Source: Acidobacteriota bacterium
GTDB lineage: Bacteria; Acidobacteriota; Thermoanaerobaculia; Gp7-AA8
Direction of reading: 5' to 3'
DNA: 64,000 bases
Assembly (NCBI GenBank): GCA_019244185.1
Contig: JAFATB010000020.1
Coordinates: forward strand, 1-64,000
How positions within the stretch are numbered: position 1 is the stretch's first letter; each line of letters begins with the position of its first letter. Below the pieces are notes generated by a model, which saw nothing but the letters and a program-made list of their open reading frames with translations, had not been told where the DNA came from and ran no database searches. Shown here piece after piece: positions 9,516 to 18,067 of the stretch. Made by a program: the position numbers and the translations under genes.

Positions 9516-10726
9516 TCCCCCTCCTCGGCCGTCCACGGCAGCACAGGCACCACGCGTGCCGTGCGCCCGTCGCGCGCGGCGATGCTGTTCTGTTCCGTGA
9601 TCGTGAAGTTCAGCACGCCCTCGTGCAGACGTTGCGCGTCCGCGAACGGCTCGGACACCGTCACGAAGTAACGCCCCGGCCGCAATAGCGATCCCGGAAT
9701 CTCGCAGCGCAAGCGCCGCCGTCCGAGCGGCATCGCATGGTTGAGCGTGGGCGTCGCGTCCGTGCTCGCCGATGCGAGCACGACCTCCCCATCCTCGGCG
9801 AGCAACGCGAACGCGAGCCGGTTCGGCGGCATCGCCGCGTGCACCGTGAAGTCGAAGGCGATCTCGAACGCGGCGTCGGCGGGAAACGCGTCGCCTTCCG
9901 CACGCGCACACGTCAGCCGCACCTCGTGATAGCGGAAGGCGGGATTGCGCTCGTCGGGCGGACGCCACACGAGCTCGGACGAGACACCCGACGATAGATA
10001 CGCGGCGACGGTGGACGACGCGGCGCCGTCGCGCACGAGCTTCCCCGCATCGAGCCACAGCGCGCGTTCGCACAGCGCGGTCACGACGCTCATGTTGTGG
10101 CTCACCACGACGACCGTCCTTCCTTCATGCCCGATCGCCTCCATTTTGCCGAGGCATTTCTTCTGGAAGGCGGCATCGCCGACGGCGAGGACTTCGTCGA
10201 CGAGCAGGATTTCCGGATCGACGTGCGCGGCGACGGCGAAGGCGAGCCGCACGAACATGCCGGACGAGTAGCGCTTGACGGGCGTGTCGAGCAGGCGGCC
10301 GATGTCGGCGAACGCGACGATCTCGTCGAACTTGCGGCGGATGTCGGCGCGCGACATGCCGAGGATCGAGCCGTTGAGGAAGACGTTCTCGCGCCCGGTG
10401 AGCTCGGGATGAAAGCCGGTGCCGACTTCGAGAAGGCTGGCGATGCGGCCGTAGACGCGCGCCTCCCCCACGGTCGGCTCGGTGATGCGGCTGAGGATCT
10501 TGAGCAGCGTGCTCTTGCCCGCGCCGTTGCGGCCGACGACGCCGACTACGGCGCCGCGCGGGATGTCGGCGGTGAGGTCGCGCAGCGCCCACAACTCGGA
10601 CGGTGCGGCGCGCCTGCGGAAGAGGCGCCCGGGCTCGGCGAGGATCTCGCGCAACTGGCGCTGCTCCCACGCGGTGCCGATCGCGTAGCGCTTGCCGAGG
10701 TCGTGGATCGTGATCGCAGCGGTCAT
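9512..10726 (-). CDS. wzt: Polysaccharide ABC exporter ATP-binding protein (Wzt), copy 2
   Basis: [35 protein letters not shown]; C-terminal domain paralogous to copy 1. Confidence 0.88.
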   Translation of the reverse strand: MTAAITIHDLGKRYAIGTAWEQRQLREILAEPGRLFRRRAAPSELWALRDLTADIPRGAVVGVVGRNGAGKSTLLKILSRITEPTVGEARVYGRIASLLEVGTGFHPELTGRENVFLNGSILGMSRADIRRKFDEIVAFADIGRLLDTPVKRYSSGMFVRLAFAVAAHVDPEILLVDEVLAVGDAAFQKKCLGKMEAIGHEGRTVVVVSHNMSVVTALCERALWLDAGKLVRDGAASSTVAAYLSSGVSSELVWRPPDERNPAFRYHEVRLTCARAEGDAFPADAAFEIAFDFTVHAAMPPNRLAFALLAEDGEVVLASASTDATPTLNHAMPLGRRRLRCEIPGSLLRPGRYFVTVSEPFADAQRLHEGVLNFTITEQNSIAARDGRTARVVPVLPWTAEEGE

Positions 10727-10816
10727 CGTGCGCGTGAAGCCGGGCGCTTCCGTCGCGGACGCGACATCGTACACGGTCGAGTTATGATTCCGCCGCTACT
10801 TCACTCGGAGGATTCC

Positions 10817-11998
10817 ATGACCACGCAGACCGTTGAACTCACGCCGGGAGCGCCGCTGACGCTGCTCTCCGAAGACGAGCAGATGTTCCAGCAGAGCGTT
10901 CGCGATTTCGCGATCGAGAAGATCCGGCCGCTGGTCCACCAGATGGATCGCGACGCGACGATGTCGAAGGATCTGATCGCGAGTTTCTTCGACCTCGGCA
11001 TCATGGGCATCGAAGTCCCCGACCAGTTCGGCGGCGCCGGCTCGACGTTCTTCACCGCGGTGCTCGTCGTCGAGGAGCTCTCGCACGTCGACGCGTCGTG
11101 CGGCGTGCTCGTCGACGTGCAGAACACGCTCGTCAACAACGCGCTCATCCGCTGGGGCAACGACGATCAGAAGTCGAAGTACCTGCGCATGCTCGCCACC
11201 GATACGGTCGGCGCGTACGCGCTGTCCGAGGCCGGATCGGGATCGGATGCGTTCGCGCTGGCGACACGCGCGCAGGAGAACGGCGATCACTTCGTGCTCA
11301 ACGGCCGCAAGCTGTGGATCACGAACGCGGCGGAAGCGGGCGTGTTCATTGTCTTCGCGAACGCGAACCCCGACGCCGGTTACAAAGGCATCACCGCGTT
11401 TCTCATCGAGCGCGACTTCCCCGGGTTCTCCGTCGGCAAGAAGGAAGACAAGACCGGCATCCGCGCGTCGTCGACGTGCGAGCTGATCCTCGAAGACTGC
11501 CGCGTGCCGCGCGAGAACGTCCTCGGCGAATTAGGCAAGGGCTACAAGATCGCCATCGAGACGCTGAACGAGGGACGCATCGGCATCGGCGCGCAGATGC
11601 TCGGCGTCGCACGCGGCGCGCTCGAACACGCGATCGCGTACACGAAGGAGCGTAAGCAGTTCGGCCAGAAGATCGCCGAGTTCCAGGGCGTGCAGTTCCA
11701 GATCGCGCAGGCCGCGACCGATCTCGAGGCCGCGCGCCTCATGGTCTACAACGCCGCGCGGCTCAAGGACGCCGGCCAGCCGTTCCTCCGCGAGGCGGCG
11801 ATGGCGAAGCTCTTCTCCTCGCAGGTCGCCGAGCGCGTGACGTCGCTGGCCGTGCAGCTCTACGGCGGCAACGGCTACACGAAGGAGTATCCGGTCGAGA
11901 AGTTCTGGCGCGACTCGAAGGTCGGCCAGATCTACGAAGGCACGAGCAACATGCAGTTGCAGACGATCGCGAAAACGATCGTGACCGGCAAGCTGTAG
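10817..11998 (+). CDS. Acyl-CoA dehydrogenase (short/branched-chain type)
   Basis: YALSEAGSGSDA, LNGRKLWITN, GIRASSTCEL, IYEGTSNMQ; SD GGAGG before ATG 10817. Confidence 0.93.
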   Translation: MTTQTVELTPGAPLTLLSEDEQMFQQSVRDFAIEKIRPLVHQMDRDATMSKDLIASFFDLGIMGIEVPDQFGGAGSTFFTAVLVVEELSHVDASCGVLVDVQNTLVNNALIRWGNDDQKSKYLRMLATDTVGAYALSEAGSGSDAFALATRAQENGDHFVLNGRKLWITNAAEAGVFIVFANANPDAGYKGITAFLIERDFPGFSVGKKEDKTGIRASSTCELILEDCRVPRENVLGELGKGYKIAIETLNEGRIGIGAQMLGVARGALEHAIAYTKERKQFGQKIAEFQGVQFQIAQAATDLEAARLMVYNAARLKDAGQPFLREAAMAKLFSSQVAERVTSLAVQLYGGNGYTKEYPVEKFWRDSKVGQIYEGTSNMQLQTIAKTIVTGKL

Positions 11999-12005
11999 GC
12001 GCGCT

Positions 12006-14168
12006 TTAGACGGCGGCCTTCGCGCGCTCTTCCGCGACGACGCCCACGTCCGCGTGAGTCAGATGATCGACGCGCGCGGCGTCGCTGTAGCGCGCGCCGT
12101 GCCGCGCGAGCAGTTCGCGGCTCTCGCTCCGCGCGTCGGCGATCATGCGCAAGTGCCACAGCGGATGGCGCAGCACCGCGCGCCGCGCGTCCGCGCGTCC
12201 CATGGAACTGAGCAGCGAGAAGCGGGCGATCGGCACGAGGTCGCGCAGCCGCAGGCGGAACGGCGGAGCGGCGGCGATGCGCTGGCGGAACATGCACGCG
12301 CGCGCCGACGCGCGGCGAATTTCTTCATAGGGAGCCGTGCGGATCGCGCAGCCGCCGTCGTACGTCGGCGTGTGCTCGATGAAGAGCGACGCATCGGACC
12401 AGATGGTCATTCCGCGCGCGCGCATCCGCGTGGACAGCTCCCAGTCCTCCGCCATGTGCCCGAACGCGAACAGCAGATCGTCGTAGCCGCCCGACTTGCG
12501 GAAGTACTCGCGCTCGAACGCGACGCCGCCGCTTCCCGCGCGATTCACGGGAAAGATCGACGAGCCGGCGATCGCGCGTCCGCGTCGATGAAAGCGCTGC
12601 CACGCGTGCAGCGCGGCCTCGCGCTTGCCGGGGAAATGCACGATCGGCCAGAGGCACCGCACTTGCGGATGGCGGCGGAAGGCGTCGAGCATCTGCGCGA
12701 CGAACTCCGGGCCGATCACTTCGTCGTCGTCGAGGAAGAGCACGTGCGTCGACGTCGCGCGCAGGAATCCGGCGTTGCGCGCCGCCGCGGCGTTCGGTTG
12801 GTCGAGCATGACGCGCGTCAGGCGCACGCGCGTCTCGCGCAGCACGTCGTCGAGAAAGCCCGGCGCGTTCTGATCGACGACGAGCACTTCGGACGGCGTG
12901 ACGGTTTGCGCCTCGATCGACGCGAGCAACCGTCGCAGCGCCTCCGTCCGTCGATAGGTCGGGATGACGACCGCGAGCGAGATGCGCGTCGAGCGCGGCG
13001 GCGCGTGCTCGTGTCCGCGCCCGCCGTACCGCGTCGCGAGACGGATCGGACGCAGCATCCAATGCAGCCACCCGAGCCCGCGCGGCAGCCGGAGCCACGC
13101 GCGATCGCGCGCGTTCGGCGCGAGCTGGCGGTGCAGATACGTCGCGCGCTGGTCGTGCGTCTCGCGCACGGCGAGCTCGCAGCGCAAGCGCGCAATCAAC
13201 CCCGGCGCGTGCTCGCCGCGCGAAGCGGCATCCATCCGCTGCACCGCCAGCGCCGCCGCCCTCGCAAGTCGCCTCGGCGACGACGACAGGCACCGCCGCA
13301 CATCCGCCGGCACCGGCGCGTCGAAGAGCTCCGCCGCGAGATGCAGGCCGAGGGCGACGCGATGGCGCGCGTCGATCGCGGTGGCGCGCTCGACGAGCGC
13401 GTCCCAGTCGAATGCCGGATGCGCGCGCAGCAGCGCCGCGAGATCGATCGTCCAGAGCAGCCGGCTCCACATGTGCCGCGCACCGTGCAAACAGAGATAC
13501 AGCAGCAGATCCTCGGCTGCGATGACCGGCACCGCGCGTCCGAACAGCGGACGCGGCTCGCAGCGCGCGAGCACTGCCTCGAGATCGACCGGCGCGGTGT
13601 AGAAGTTGCCGATCAGCTCCGTATGCAGCTCGACCAGCGTGCCCTGCGCGGCGGTCGCGGGGAGCAGATGCGCCTCGCTCTCCCACCGCTCGTGATCGTG
13701 TTCGTCGATGGCCGGTTCGACGCGCTGATAGCCGGCGTCACCGAGGATGGCGACGGCGCGATCGAGATCGGCGGCGCGGAGGATGAGATCGAGATCGCCG
13801 CTCGCGCCGCGCATGCCCACGTGGCCGTACGCGGTCGCGGCGAGCACGGGACCTTTCACCGGCAGCGCGGTGATGCCGTGGGTCTCGAAGAGATCGAGCA
13901 GCACGCGCAGCTGGCGCGTGAGCACGAGCGTGCGCTCGGTCTGGCTGCGCGCGAGCGTGCGCACGCGCGTCACGACGTCGTCGGGCGCGCCGCTGGAACG
14001 GAGCACGCGGTCGAGCAGCACGATCGCGCCGTGCTGTTCCGCCGCGGCGACGAGCGTGTTCGCATCGAGATCGCGCGGCCATGTCCCGCGGTCGGCGGTG
14101 CCGAGCGCCGCACGGACCGCGGCGGCGAGAAACTGAAGCTCGGGTGCGCGCAGCTCGATCATCGTCAT
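12006..14168 (-). CDS. Fusion of NTP_transf_5-type nucleotidyltransferase (N-term) and GT2 glycosyltransferase (C-term)
   Basis: N-term LPVKGPVLA..AYG..GMRGASGDLDLIL, VELH, HGARHMWSRLLWTIDL; C-term VVIPTYRR, VVDQ, NAAAARNAG, FLDDD. Confidence 0.82.
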   Translation of the reverse strand: MTMIELRAPELQFLAAAVRAALGTADRGTWPRDLDANTLVAAAEQHGAIVLLDRVLRSSGAPDDVVTRVRTLARSQTERTLVLTRQLRVLLDLFETHGITALPVKGPVLAATAYGHVGMRGASGDLDLILRAADLDRAVAILGDAGYQRVEPAIDEHDHERWESEAHLLPATAAQGTLVELHTELIGNFYTAPVDLEAVLARCEPRPLFGRAVPVIAAEDLLLYLCLHGARHMWSRLLWTIDLAALLRAHPAFDWDALVERATAIDARHRVALGLHLAAELFDAPVPADVRRCLSSSPRRLARAAALAVQRMDAASRGEHAPGLIARLRCELAVRETHDQRATYLHRQLAPNARDRAWLRLPRGLGWLHWMLRPIRLATRYGGRGHEHAPPRSTRISLAVVIPTYRRTEALRRLLASIEAQTVTPSEVLVVDQNAPGFLDDVLRETRVRLTRVMLDQPNAAAARNAGFLRATSTHVLFLDDDEVIGPEFVAQMLDAFRRHPQVRCLWPIVHFPGKREAALHAWQRFHRRGRAIAGSSIFPVNRAGSGGVAFEREYFRKSGGYDDLLFAFGHMAEDWELSTRMRARGMTIWSDASLFIEHTPTYDGGCAIRTAPYEEIRRASARACMFRQRIAAAPPFRLRLRDLVPIARFSLLSSMGRADARRAVLRHPLWHLRMIADARSESRELLARHGARYSDAARVDHLTHADVGVVAEERAKAAV

Positions 14169-15121
14169 CAGGCAGCGAGCGCGTCGACGAGCCGCGGCAG
14201 TTGCGCAAGATCGTCGCCCGCTTCGACGGTGTACATGGGAACCGCGTCGGCGACGCGCGCGCAGGCGCGCATGGTCATCGCGCGGCGCGACGCATCGAGA
14301 AAACGGCCGGAGTAGATGTTCTGCAGCAGCAGCGGTAACGCGTTGCGCGGCGGCACGGCGCGGATGCGCGGCTCTCCCCCGCCGGCGCGGCGCGGCTGCA
14401 GCAGGTAGATCGCCCGCAGCGCTCGCGGCTCGGGACAGAACGTGCCGTCGTCCGGCGAGAGCGCGACGAAGCGCTTGTCGCCGAGGATCGCGGCGGCGAA
14501 AACGCGCGGAAGCGTGTCGGCCGCGAAACCGGCGGCGCGCGCGGAGTCGGCGTAGAGACGCAGGCGCGGATATCCGGGCTGCACGCGGATGCCGTCGTCG
14601 TCGATCGCGAGCGCGGCGAGATCGTCGCTGAGGAGCGCGTGACCGCGCGCGACGAAGGCCGCGGCGGTCGTCGACTTGCCGGCGCCGGGCGTGCCCATGA
14701 GCGCGATCGCGCCGCCGTCCGTCGCGAGGACGCTCGCGTGCAGCAGCGGCACGCGGCGCAGATGCAGCGCGGCGGCGAGTCCGGGGCCTTGCAGCACGGA
14801 CGGGATGTCGTCGAGCATCGCGTCGTCGGTCCAGCGCACGGTGAGACGCGTCGCGTCGTTCGCGAAAGCCACGCTCCAGAAGCCGCCGTCGCGCTCGTCG
14901 ACATAGCGCAGCAGCCACGAGCCGTCGTCGCGATGCCAGAGCGTCTCGAAGCCGTTCTGCCAGAACGGCTCGTCGGCGCATTGGAACGCGTCGCTGGTGC
15001 GGCCCGCGAAGTCGATGACGATCTCCGGCGCGTCGCCGCGGCGCGGCGCGAGCCCCGGCAGCGCGCGGTTCGAGCGCAGCGTCAGGCCGTAGAGCCCGTA
15101 CTCGTGGTCAAAGCCGTTCAT
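14168..15121 (-). CDS. HPr kinase-like kinase (lasso-peptide kinase family)
   Basis: YGLYGLTLRSN start, PLLHASV, Walker A GTPGAGKSTT, LLSDDL, PGYPRLRL. Confidence 0.85.
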   Translation of the reverse strand: MNGFDHEYGLYGLTLRSNRALPGLAPRRGDAPEIVIDFAGRTSDAFQCADEPFWQNGFETLWHRDDGSWLLRYVDERDGGFWSVAFANDATRLTVRWTDDAMLDDIPSVLQGPGLAAALHLRRVPLLHASVLATDGGAIALMGTPGAGKSTTAAAFVARGHALLSDDLAALAIDDDGIRVQPGYPRLRLYADSARAAGFAADTLPRVFAAAILGDKRFVALSPDDGTFCPEPRALRAIYLLQPRRAGGGEPRIRAVPPRNALPLLLQNIYSGRFLDASRRAMTMRACARVADAVPMYTVEAGDDLAQLPRLVDALAA

Positions 15122-16692
15122 GTCGGAAGGAATGGGACGAGCGCTGCCGGCCGCCGGTCCCGCGGCACGAGCTCGGGCGAGACGAGGCAGGCGCGCGCGT
15201 AAAGCTCGTCCAGCTCGCTCGAATCCGAATTCGTTTCCTGGAGGACCCGGATGATCGCGGACAGTGCGAAGTAATCGTACGGCTGTTCGCGCAGAACCGC
15301 GCGAAAAAATGCGGATTTGTCGCGCTGCGCCGATGCCGACAAACGGAGGCGGATGAGCGGCGAGGCGACGGCGTCGAGATAGCGCGCGGCGTCGGCGGGA
15401 CGCACGCGCCGCGCGAGCCGCGCCTTCAGCTCCGCCGCGAGCTCGGCGTACAGCGGCGGCCACGCGATGCGTTCCGCGTGCGCGAACGCCTCGTCGTAGC
15501 GCGCGAGCGCTTCGAGCGTCGTCGCGACCGCCCACTGCGCCTGCACGTAGCCGGGATGCGCGTCCGCAATCGCGCGCGCGGTCTCCAGCGCTGCGTCCGG
15601 CTTCTGCATCGAAAACTCGAGGAGCCGCGACGCTTCGGGAGGCGCGGGGTCGATGACGAGCGGCGCATCGGCAACCGGTTGTGAAGGCAGCAGCGCGCGA
15701 TAGGCGTCGATGCGTTGTTGTCGCAGCGTCGCTTCGCCGCGCTCGCGTTGAGCCCACGCGTACGCGCGATCCGCAAACGCGTGGCATTCCGCGCGGTCGG
15801 CGTACAGCGCTTCGAGCGCGGCGCGCAGTTCGTCCGCGTCGCGGAAGAGCCGCGCGCGATCCGCGTGCGGGCGATGCAGCGGTGCGTCTTCGAGAAGCGG
15901 CACAACGGCGGACGCCGCGTATGTCGCGAACTTCGTGTCGGTGCGTCCGGCGTTGAAGCCGGAGTCGTGCAGCGGCGCGAGACCGGCGTGCAGTCCGCGC
16001 ACGAATTCGAGGTACGCGTCGTACGCGCCGAACGGCGCGACGCGCGTCTGTTCCGGCGCGATCGCGGCGAAGTGCCGCGCGAACATCGCCTCATCGCCCA
16101 TGAAGGCGAACGTCGCGTCGCGGTGCGCGGCGCAGAAGGCGACGATCGCCGGCGCGATGCGCGCGAGATCGGTTTCGTGCGACGTCGTGCCTCCCCAGCC
16201 GAAGACGAAGCCGTCCGGCTTGACCGGCCGCGGCGACGCGATGGGCACGTAAGGATCGAAGACGATCACGTTCGGATTCACATGGCGAAAGAGCTCGGCG
16301 AGGCCGGGCGCGTAGACCTGGACGGCGTCGCAGCGCGAGGCGTAGTGCAGCAGGTTCTGGCGCACGAGCGGGCTGCGGAAGAGATGTCGTTTCGGCAGCC
16401 AGTCGCCGAGGTCGAGGAAGTTGTCGCTGAACTCGAAGAGCGTCGGGAGGTTGCGCGCGCGGCGCAGGCGGAGCAGCGCGTCGATCTCGCGGTGCGGCAG
16501 CATGTGCACGACGACGAGATCGCTCGCGAGCACCGCGTCCGCGAACGCGGGATGCAGCGGATCGAGCGCGGCGACGCTCCAGCCTTCGTTTCCGTCGAGC
16601 AGCCAACGCAGCGACGCGACGTGCTGGATGTAGACGCCGTGGTTCTCGCCGCGCAGCTTCGACGGATGAACGATGACCAGCCGCCGCGTCAT
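15118..16692 (-). CDS. Glycosyltransferase-like (GT-B) protein with C-terminal helical/TPR-like region
   Basis: FEFSDNF, FGWGGTTSHETDL, AGLAPLHDSGFNAGRTDTKFATYAA resemble divergent GT4-like proteins; helical C-terminus. Confidence 0.65.
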   Translation of the reverse strand: MTRRLVIVHPSKLRGENHGVYIQHVASLRWLLDGNEGWSVAALDPLHPAFADAVLASDLVVVHMLPHREIDALLRLRRARNLPTLFEFSDNFLDLGDWLPKRHLFRSPLVRQNLLHYASRCDAVQVYAPGLAELFRHVNPNVIVFDPYVPIASPRPVKPDGFVFGWGGTTSHETDLARIAPAIVAFCAAHRDATFAFMGDEAMFARHFAAIAPEQTRVAPFGAYDAYLEFVRGLHAGLAPLHDSGFNAGRTDTKFATYAASAVVPLLEDAPLHRPHADRARLFRDADELRAALEALYADRAECHAFADRAYAWAQRERGEATLRQQRIDAYRALLPSQPVADAPLVIDPAPPEASRLLEFSMQKPDAALETARAIADAHPGYVQAQWAVATTLEALARYDEAFAHAERIAWPPLYAELAAELKARLARRVRPADAARYLDAVASPLIRLRLSASAQRDKSAFFRAVLREQPYDYFALSAIIRVLQETNSDSSELDELYARACLVSPELVPRDRRPAALVPFLPT

Positions 16693-16693
16693 C

Positions 16694-17809
16694 TCACGCC
16701 GTCTTCTGCCAGTACACGGCGGTCCAGTCGACGCGGCGCAGCGGCGCGGTGATGCCGCGCGACGCGCGGAAGTCGTCGACGGCGCGGCGGCAGACGACGA
16801 ACGCGTGGTAGTCGTCGACGACGACGAAACCGCCCGGAACGACTTTGTCGTAGAGCGCGGTCAGCACGTCCATCGTCGACGCGTAGAGATCCGCGTCGAT
16901 GCGCAGCAGCGCGAGGCGTTCGACCGGCGCCGCGGCGAGCGTCTCCGAAAACCAGCCGGGGATGAACTGCACCTCGTCGCTGAGCAGGTCGTACGTGCGG
17001 AAGTTGTCGCGCACGGCGTCGAGACTCGCGGCGAGCCACGGCTGTTTCGACTCGCTGAAGTCGATGCCGGCGTCGGGCTCAGACACCGGCTCGGGCAATC
17101 CCGCGAACGAGTCGGCCACCCACATGCGACGGTGCGGCTCGCCGTACGCGACCTGCAGCGCGCGCATGAAGATCGACGCGCCGCCCTGACACGCGCCCGC
17201 TTCGAGGAAGTCGCCTTCGACGCCGGCGGCGAAGAGCTCCGACGCGCACCATTCGAGGTTCTCGAGGCGGCGCAGGCCGACCATCGTGTGCGAGTAGCGC
17301 GTGACGAGGCGGCGGAAGTTCTGCCCGTCGCGCTTGCAGGCGACGATCTCGTCGAACGTCGGCGCGTCGACGTAGCGGAGATCGCGCAGGCGCCGCTGGT
17401 CGGCGAGGCGGTCGCCGGTCGTGGGAGTGTGCTCGAGGTGATAGAGCCGCAGCTCGTGCTCGGGATAGATGAGATTGACGAGCGCCTTCTTGAGCAGATC
17501 GAGATAGCGACGGCGCATCCCCGCGCTCGCATCATCCGCATCGCGCACGTCGACGAAGCCGAGCTCGCGCATGCGCCGCACGAAGGCCTCCGCCGACTCG
17601 GCACCTTCCTCCGCCTCCGCGGCGAAGCGCGCGCGCAATTCGCCGAGCGTGATCGGCTCGCGCAGCGACTCGAACATCGCCGCGGCGGTGTGATTGAGGC
17701 GGTAGCCGAGCCCCGTGTGCGGATGCGTCAGAACCGCGACGTCACCTTCGCGGACGAGCGACGGCGGACGGACGAAGGAGACGGGCTCGATGAGGAGGGA
17801 TTCGGACAT
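16694..17809 (-). CDS. PqqD/RRE-like domain fused to a TylF/MycF/NovP-family O-methyltransferase
   Basis: N-term ~85 aa YRLNHTAAAMFESL...ITLGEL...AEAFVRRMRELGFV is PqqD-like. C-term HTMVGLRRLENL, GDFLEAGACQGG, VADSFAGLP, GWFSETL, LRIDADLYAST, GGFVVVDDY are TylF motifs. Confidence 0.85.
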   Translation of the reverse strand: MSESLLIEPVSFVRPPSLVREGDVAVLTHPHTGLGYRLNHTAAAMFESLREPITLGELRARFAAEAEEGAESAEAFVRRMRELGFVDVRDADDASAGMRRRYLDLLKKALVNLIYPEHELRLYHLEHTPTTGDRLADQRRLRDLRYVDAPTFDEIVACKRDGQNFRRLVTRYSHTMVGLRRLENLEWCASELFAAGVEGDFLEAGACQGGASIFMRALQVAYGEPHRRMWVADSFAGLPEPVSEPDAGIDFSESKQPWLAASLDAVRDNFRTYDLLSDEVQFIPGWFSETLAAAPVERLALLRIDADLYASTMDVLTALYDKVVPGGFVVVDDYHAFVVCRRAVDDFRASRGITAPLRRVDWTAVYWQKTA

Positions 17810-17840
17810 AAAAAGAAGCGCCGCGGACGAGCCGCGGCGC
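17810..17840 (-). terminator. Intrinsic terminator/attenuator after the precursor gene
   Basis: Minus strand GCGCCGCGG-CTCGT-CCGCGGCGC-TTCTTTTT directly before the methyltransferase ATG. Confidence 0.65.
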
Positions 17841-17865
17841 GCGTACCGGGACGTTGTCAGTACCG

Positions 17866-18012
17866 TTAGACGGTGTAAATCCCGAGGTCCGAGACGCCGC
17901 CGAAGATGTACGCCGCCTCGGTGGCCGCGTAGTCGATTTCCTCGATCGTCGGCGCTTCCCACGGACGCTTCTCCGTCGTCGTTTCAATGGTGTCTGGCTT
18001 CTTCTGGTTCAC
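17866..18012 (-). CDS. Lasso peptide precursor (48 aa): MNQKKPDTIETTTEKRPWEAPTIEEIDYAATEAAYIFGGVSDLGIYTV
   Basis: Hand-translated. SD GGGGAGGA, GTG start 18012, TAA stop 17866-17868; lasso leader motif WxxPxI; Thr near the leader end; lies directly after the cyclase gene. Confidence 0.88.
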   Translation of the reverse strand: MNQKKPDTIETTTEKRPWEAPTIEEIDYAATEAAYIFGGVSDLGIYTV

Positions 18013-18067
18013 CCTGTCCTCCCCGAATCACTACATGCTGCAAGTGAAGCATCTGCACCAGGTTACG

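Noticed and set aside
10817-11998. Acyl-CoA dehydrogenase as a RiPP or glycan tailoring enzyme
   Set aside because: Opposite strand with an ordinary catabolic ACAD sequence; no evidence beyond position.
17742-17987. 81-aa ORF-track entry as the precursor
   Set aside because: Wrong frame and Arg-rich. The frame 17866-18012 has the SD and the lasso leader motif.
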